Under the pieces are notes generated by a model. The model was not told the origin of the DNA. It searched no databases and was given only the letters and a program-made list of their open reading frames with translations. Position numbers and translations under genes: made by a program. A DNA stretch of 57,519 nucleotides, counting the filler, from Asterionella formosa (Eukaryota): the NCBI GenBank assembly GCA_002256025.1. It is 4 parts of 4 records of this genome, joined end to end, with 100 filler letters (N's around TTAATTAATTAA, not from the genome) between each part and the next. Parts side by side here need not be neighbours in the genome. Positions count along the whole stretch, not along the records: positions 43,226 to 57,519 come from NKIB01006083.1; 3 more parts are not named here. One strand, written 5' to 3'. Below, one piece after another: positions 51,301 through 57,519 of the stretch. Within the stretch, counting starts at the first letter, position 1. Each line of letters starts with the position of its first letter.

Positions 51301-52345
51301 CGAAATTGGTGAAGTCAAGGTCATGCGTGGAAATAAGCATGATTATTTGGCAATGACACTAGATTACTATCTTCCAGGAGTGTTGAGGGTGGATATGACT
51401 AAATATGTGAAATCAATGATTGATGATTTTCCAGAAAAAAGACAACTTGAAGGTTTCGGAAAATTTCCATGGACAGATACATTGTTTATATTTGATACAA
51501 TAGCAATGAAGCTTGAATACGAAAAAGCAAAAATATTTCATACTTTTGTTATGAAAGGAATGTTCCTATGTAAGCAAGGAAGACAGGACATTCAACCAGG
51601 AAATGCATTTCTGGTAACCTGAACTACTGAGCCAAATGAAGACGATTGGGCGAAATTAGTCAAGATGAATGAGGTTGCATCCATGAGTGCTGATGACACT
51701 CATAATGTAAAATGGTACGTTGATGCGGCGTTTGCAGTACACAAAGATTTTAAAAGTCACACAGGAGGTACATTGTCACTTGGAAATGGAATTATTTGTT
51801 CTATGTCTATGACACAGAAAGTGAACAACACTAGAAGCTCGACTGAAGCAGAATTGGTTGGTGTCAACGACATTATACTTTCAAAGGTGTTGTGGACGAA
51901 ATTATTTATTGAAGCACAAGAACACAAGGTGACTACGAATGTCATTTACCGTGACAACATTAGCGCAATAAGGCTGCAAGAAAATGGAAAAGCATGTTCA
52001 GGAAAACGCATGCGACATTTCAACATCAATTTTTTAATTTACTGATCTTATTGAAAGAAAGGAAATACAAATTAAGTACTGTCCAACGGATGCAATGATT
52101 GCAGACTACATGACGAAACCACTGGTTGGAACGAATTTTATTCATTTTCGTGAGCAAATTATGAATTCAAAGTGAGCATCCGTGTCCAGCAGGATTGGGT
52201 TAGAGAAATTATTTTAGGAAAGAAAAATCCCGGTATGAATTACCTACCTTATGTTGAATCGAATGAATCAAAACGAATATGATACCAGAGAAAACTCAGA
52301 ATTCGAAAACAATCAACATCGCCAGTAAAACCCATAATTCCACTG
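48385..52345 (+). mobile_element. Degenerate Ty1/copia retrotransposon: zinc knuckle, protease, integrase, RT, RNase H and start of the 3' LTR
   Basis: CYCCGRAGHKSPSC, WILLDNQSS, IHCDNEF, ADIPNAFVQ, KALYGMLQS, HIDHLK (decayed RT DD), WYVDAAFAVH, SSTEAELVG, YRDN and ADYMTKPL. Many stops and frameshifts. Confidence 0.92.
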
Positions 52346-52409
52346 ATGCTCTTAGGAACGATTTCAATCGATTTCAGTCATATTGTTGATCATATCTACA
52401 GCCTACTTG

Positions 52410-53707
52410 GGGGTCCCTGACTTGTCCTTACAGGATACAAGAAGCAATAGAGGGCTTCGGGACGCAATTTCAAAACATTGGAACTCACAGCCTCCGCAAA
52501 TATTTGTTTTTCATGCATGAAGAAATGGATGCTCCAGCCAGGGATGATATTGACTTCTGCGGGCTCTGGAAAAGACAAACAAGGCAAGTGGATACATACA
52601 TAGATGTAAAGCTCTCCTAACCTGATGCCAAGGTGGCCGCAGCACTTTGCATTGGTGGAGCATGCAAATATGTCATAAAGGAATCAAACAGAGTGTCAGA
52701 CAGATGGCTTTTACAGTATGTGGTCTCAAATATTTGCACTGAGTAAGCACATGATGTTGCCCTCGTGCCTGGTACCTCCACTTTTGTGGGCAGTGTTTGA
52801 GCCTACACTGCAGGGTTACCTGCCTCATTCACTAACACATAGGATTAAAGCTGCTTATGAAATCATATGTCCTCCTCAGCAGAACATCGACAACAATAAT
52901 CCAGTTGAGCGGCGACTGATTGTTGTTAATGGTTCAGAGACGCAGATGTACATTGATGATGTCGGAGCTGATGTGGAGGCTGCAGTAGAAGATAGTGTGG
53001 CTGCTGGTGGAACAACAAAAACAACAACCACAGGTGAAGGAGGAGGAGGTGGGGGACAACAAGCTCGAGCTGCCGGGCATACTAGTAGTCGAAACGAGAT
53101 CCTTGGGCTGTACTCCCAGCAGAGGGAGACACAACATAGGATGATACAGTTGCAGACACAAGTGGGATACAGCCAGGTTACATTTATGAAGGAGAAAAAA
53201 ATACAAACTAGTACCCTTTCAAGAATGTCAAGGATGCCATCACAAAGATTAGCAGCAGGTAACCAAACTTGCCTTAGGCAGCTGCCAGCCCCGCAAATGT
53301 GGTATGCAATGCAAGCAATAATGAATAAGTTGACGCTACATCAAATCCAGACATGATGGATGTGGAGGATGGAGGTATTAATTATGTCAGTAGCCTTTCC
53401 AAGGAACCAAAGACACTATTAGGTGTTCTTTGGCAGGAATTCGAAGTTGGAATTGGGGGACAAAAGGCAGCTAGACTATTTACAAGGTAGGGTTGAGAGG
53501 GGAAGAGTCAAGGTGCAGTATTGTTGTCACCGCTTTGTGTGGGATACAGTGGCTGCCTTAGTTCGAGCTGGATTCCCTGCTCATACTGCAATAGACAAAA
53601 TATATGAGGTCTATGGTGGTCAAGATAAAACAGTAACACAGATTGTCAATCAAATGATGCAAGATCATTGCACTGGTTTAGTCATCCGCAGCTTCGCATT
53701 TAAATAA
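52410..53707 (+). mobile_element. Crypton-type tyrosine-recombinase transposon relic with GCR1_C-like C-terminus
   Basis: IGTHSLRK (GTHSLRK at 52480-52500), DDIDFCGLWKRQTRQVDTYID, PDAKVAAALCIGGACKY, then LSKEPKTL..LWQEFEVGIGGQKAARLF..ERGRVK..Y...VWDTVAALVRAG...AIDKIYEVYG. Disrupted. Confidence 0.78.
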
Positions 53708-54255
53708 TTACATTTATTAGCATGCATGATTTTTTACATTAGCTACATTCATTGCTTGTGTTCACTTCATTTCCGGCATGTTGACAGGATAGAATGGAAA
53801 AACCCATAAAATGCGAAAGAGTCGTTTTCACGGTACCTGGTATGTACCAGGGTACCTACCGTTTGCTTTATACATTATGCAGAAGAAAAATACACGGTGG
53901 AGCAAGCAGCAATGGTACGATCATTGTCGCTAGCTTGTGCACGGTACCAGGGTTCCCCGGTTCTACTGGTAGTTAAGTACTAGCGCTAGCTTCCACTACG
54001 GGTTCAATTTTTACGACTACTGTACGTGTCCGGTATGTACTGCTCAGATATAAAATAATTCGAGTATCAGAGCGCAATGACGAAATTATATAAACCGTTA
54101 TATCATTTATATCACCAAAGGATGTTTGTTTGTGATTAATTTTGGCACAAATTAATTTGGTATTTCGAAGGCTCGCACATTATTTTAGCGACAGTCGTCG
54201 ACTGATGATTATTGCATACAGTTCTAGCTTGTGGTTTCAACACTAGTCATCAAGA

Positions 54256-55392
54256 ATGATTATCACACCACTCACGCCCACCATGTCTCCCTCTGAAAAA
54301 ATTATCGTCGCCGCTGTCGAAGGAGGAGGAACTTCCTTCGTTGTCGCTATTGCCGACGTGACAGCAGCAGGAAAACCAATTATTTTGAAGACTATCGAAA
54401 TCGATTCCAGTCATGACAAGCCTTTTGAGACATTGAAGGAATGTGCAGACTTTCTACAAATGAACAAACCAAGTGGAGGATACCATGCGCTAGGTATTGC
54501 TTCCTTTGGACCCGTCGGTGTGAGTCCAGAACATGCCGAATCCTACGGCTGCATTCTAGCCACCACACCAAAGGCGTCTTGGAGAAATGTCAATCTGTTA
54601 GCACCTCTTAAGAAGGTTTGTCGAGGATCTCGACCTTTGGCAATTCGAGTCGAGACAGATGTCAACGCTCCTGCACTAGCAGACTTTTCTTTGGAAAAGG
54701 ATATTTCCTCGCTGGCTTATATTACGGTTGGCACTGGTGTTGGAGTTGGTTTGGTTATTCATGGACAGTGCGTCCACGGCCGCATGCACCCTGAAGGAGG
54801 TCATGTTCCAGTAAGGCCACTCGATGGGGATTCATTCATTGGTTACTCATGGGGTGGGATGTCGCCCTTTTATGGAAAGCAAACTGTTGAAGGAATTGCA
54901 AGTTCTGTGGCGCTCACGGAGCGACTGGAGCAAATCGAAGGGAAGAAACACGAGTCGAGGAAAGTCTTGGCAGATCTATCGGACGATCATGAAATTTGGG
55001 ATCATGCAGTAAATGCGATTGCTAATCTTTGTGTCACTTTAATTTTGACAACATCCATTGAAAAGATAGTGCTCGGAGGTGGGGTAATAAAGAGAAAAGG
55101 ATTATTGGAAAAGATTCGGAAGCAAACCGTGGTACTGATAAACGGATACTTGGAACTTCCTGAGGATATGTCAACATTTATCACAACGAGTCACTATGGA
55201 GAAGACGCAGGCTTGATAGGTGCAATTATCTTGGCGCAAAAAGCCTACGAAGAAAGCTCCCGTCATGATACCAAAAACACAGCAATGGGCACTAAAGAGG
55301 CTTTTTTTCATGGACTTTGGCACGGTACTATTTTTGGAGGTGCATTGGCTTTTGCTGGCATGGCACTTCTGACACATCTGAAGCGAAAATAA
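54256..55392 (+). CDS. ROK-family fructokinase with C-terminal transmembrane tail
   Basis: AVEGGGTSF, LGIASFGP, TTPK..W, ETDVNAPA, YITVGTGVGVG, GRMHPEGGH, EGIAS, IVLGGGV and AGLIGA. Confidence 0.92.
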   Translation: MIITPLTPTMSPSEKIIVAAVEGGGTSFVVAIADVTAAGKPIILKTIEIDSSHDKPFETLKECADFLQMNKPSGGYHALGIASFGPVGVSPEHAESYGCILATTPKASWRNVNLLAPLKKVCRGSRPLAIRVETDVNAPALADFSLEKDISSLAYITVGTGVGVGLVIHGQCVHGRMHPEGGHVPVRPLDGDSFIGYSWGGMSPFYGKQTVEGIASSVALTERLEQIEGKKHESRKVLADLSDDHEIWDHAVNAIANLCVTLILTTSIEKIVLGGGVIKRKGLLEKIRKQTVVLINGYLELPEDMSTFITTSHYGEDAGLIGAIILAQKAYEESSRHDTKNTAMGTKEAFFHGLWHGTIFGGALAFAGMALLTHLKRK

Positions 55393-55478
55393 TAATAATA
55401 ATAATAAGCAAATCAAGAAGTTTATAGTTTACAGTTAGTAACAATCAAGCGACATGTGGAAGAATTCGTCCCCTGAAA

Positions 55479-56252
55479 TCATCCAACACTAGGCAGCAAA
55501 ACTCTCCATGCGGACAACACTGCACATGCGCTCAAAATTAATGTTGCAACGATTCGTTTTGGTGACCACAACAATCGCCGATTTAGAGTCTCCATCCATC
55601 GCTTCAATGGAAAGGAAAGAAATCCAGCGGAAGCGAACTTCACAAAATGAATTCCCAACATGGACTTCTGCAGGTCGAAATTGTGCCTTTGTCGCCAGAT
55701 GATGCGTTTCAACGTCGTCACGGGGACGCGACGTGCTTTAGCCAACACCGTCGATCCTAGTACAGTCACACAGGTTCCAAGCATATCCATCAAAGTATAG
55801 GAAAGCACGAAATACGGTGCATATTTTCTGATGGTGTCGTAGATTTGTTTGAGCGTTAAGGGTTGTGTTTGGCTTTCGGGACACTCGTTTGTGCGCGATC
55901 CCAATAATTTTCCACTGTCACTTTGAAAGCCATTAGTCCATAGCCTAGGAGTAATCATCCAGTCGCCATGTGGTCTGTCAGTCATCAAAAATCTCGGACC
56001 GAATGCACCAAACTTCATTTTTGACATTTTTATCTTTTCTTCGTTCTTAATTGTTGCATACTCTTCTGGAGTCATCCCAGAAGGAACATACGATGAACCT
56101 ACGGCAGGGAAAAGGTCCGAACCTGAGTTGTCGATACCGATAGAAGTTCTCACATGAGCCAATATTCTCTCGGTCCTTGGAACAAAACCGGCTATTGTAG
56201 ACAATAATAGCGCAACATGTAGTGCCAGGGATGCCGTATCAAGAGATTTCAT
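55479..56252 (-). CDS. Hypothetical plastid-targeted membrane protein
   Basis: Signal peptide ending IAG-FVP (ASAFAP-like), YVPSGMTPEEY and FGAFGPRF, with hydrophobic C-terminal helices. Confidence 0.75.
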   Translation of the reverse strand: MKSLDTASLALHVALLLSTIAGFVPRTERILAHVRTSIGIDNSGSDLFPAVGSSYVPSGMTPEEYATIKNEEKIKMSKMKFGAFGPRFLMTDRPHGDWMITPRLWTNGFQSDSGKLLGSRTNECPESQTQPLTLKQIYDTIRKYAPYFVLSYTLMDMLGTCVTVLGSTVLAKARRVPVTTLKRIIWRQRHNFDLQKSMLGIHFVKFASAGFLSFPLKRWMETLNRRLLWSPKRIVATLILSACAVLSAWRVLLPSVG

Positions 56253-56383
56253 GATCGTTTGTGGCTAGCATCAAGCTTGACGGAAGTAAAAGCACAACTG
56301 CCGATCACCGTTAGTGCTATATACCGGTATTACTGGTAATATTAGTGAGGAGATGCTGCGTATTTTGACTGTGATGGCAGCAG

Positions 56384-56629
56384 TGATAAGATGCTATCTA
56401 AAGACGAATTGGCCTGTTAGTGCCCTGCTGTAATGGTAGGTCCAACAAGTTGTGACTTTAGGCCGTTCCAGCAGTACTTTTTACTAGGTTAGTATGTATC
56501 TACGTAGATGGTACAACCACGTTGTACCAGTACCCATCAATACTGTGGATATCTGATTCATCTGTTGCAGTAAGCAGTAAGTCACCAATTACCCGGAGAA
56601 CCCGAGCAATCTCGTTCCCGTATTTATCA
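56384..56629 (-). repeat. 3' LTR (246 bp) of a copia element
   Basis: On the minus strand a purine tract AAGAGGAG precedes TGATAA, and the LTR ends TTATCA (6-bp terminal inverted repeat, TG...CA). Confidence 0.8.
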
Positions 56630-56704
56630 CTCCTCTTGAATCAATAATCCAATAGTTTGATTGACCATAATAATACTTGCATAGAATATGCAAATCCCTA
56701 ATCC

Positions 56705-57519
56705 CTATCCATGCATCACCTCCCCAACTAACATGGCAAACACCTTGTTAGTCTGGGCCTTGGTGAGCACATCTGCAAAATTATACCTTCCATCAATCTT
56801 GACTGGATGTACAATTCCGCATGCCGCCGCCTCCCTCACCTTGTGGTATGAGATGGCAACATGTTTCTTCTTCAACAAACTATCCTTGATAGTAACATTC
56901 TGAACTACTCCAAGATTGTCACCGAACAGGTATGAGGCATGAGCCACCCGCACTCCCATTGAGCGTAGCATATAACGAATAGCTATGGTTTCTTCAACTG
57001 CAATGCGCATAGCACAAAACTCAGCGCCGTATGTTGATGTCTCCACTGCTCCTTGTCGCCTACTCATAGAGAATACTGGTGTTCTTCCAACGAATATAAT
57101 CAAACCGGTCACTGACCTGCGTGTGATCTTGTCATGTGCATGATCTGAGTCAACAAACACAGTTATGTCCAACTCATTGACCAATGGCTTTGGTAGGTTG
57201 CAGTCAACCTCCTCAGATGCTTCAGGGTAGTCTTCACCAAGAATACTTGCGTAGTCTTTAGAAAAATCTTCCTCAAATCCTGAGAAGTCAGGCGACCTAG
57301 AATCCACGACAATTCGCCTATTTGGCCTCCTCTTAAGGTAGCCAAATACTTTCAATACCCGCTCAAGGTGTCCTTTTCTTGGACATGCAGAGAATCTTGA
57401 CAATGACATTGTGGCGTGTGCGACATCAAATCTCCCAATTGTTACTACCCAATTCAACATGCCAATTAACATCTGAAACTTTCGATGTTCGTCATCACTA
57501 AGTAGTGTGGTGTCATCGA
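56705..57519 (-). mobile_element. Ty1/copia pol 3' end (RT C-terminus plus RNase H), uninterrupted, runs off the window
   Basis: FQMLIGMLNW...GRFDV, FVDSDHAHD..TRRSVTG, VETSTYGAEF, FGDN, LKKKHVAISYHKVRE and NFADVLTK. No stops. Confidence 0.93.

Overview
Eukaryotic nuclear DNA, very probably from a diatom. Evidence: short GT-AG introns of 70-112 bp, bipartite signal+transit peptides, and diatom-style Ty1/copia elements. The window is stitched from several contigs, with three artificial N/TTAATTAATTAA/N linkers and one long N gap. About 15 host genes sit among decayed mobile DNA. They include RFC1, a ROK fructokinase, a YCII protein, an FAD desaturase/oxidase-like protein, TMEM128-like, sulfotransferase-like, a membrane-anchored kinase, TVP38-like, C1D-like and a divergent GNAT-like protein. 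Mobile DNA comprises four copia segments (one apparently young with an intact 3' LTR), a Crypton tyrosine-recombinase relic, and ankyrin and trypsin pseudogene fragments. The most interesting region is 28.8-36 kb. It is a multi-gene Plavaka/CMC-like DNA transposon that appears to carry a 2-oxoglutarate/Fe(II) dioxygenase, a KOW-motif protein and further accessory ORFs, all slightly decayed. A TACC(A/T)GGTA/TACCGGTA-rich motif clusters upstream of most genes. All family assignments come from motif recognition by eye; no database search was run.
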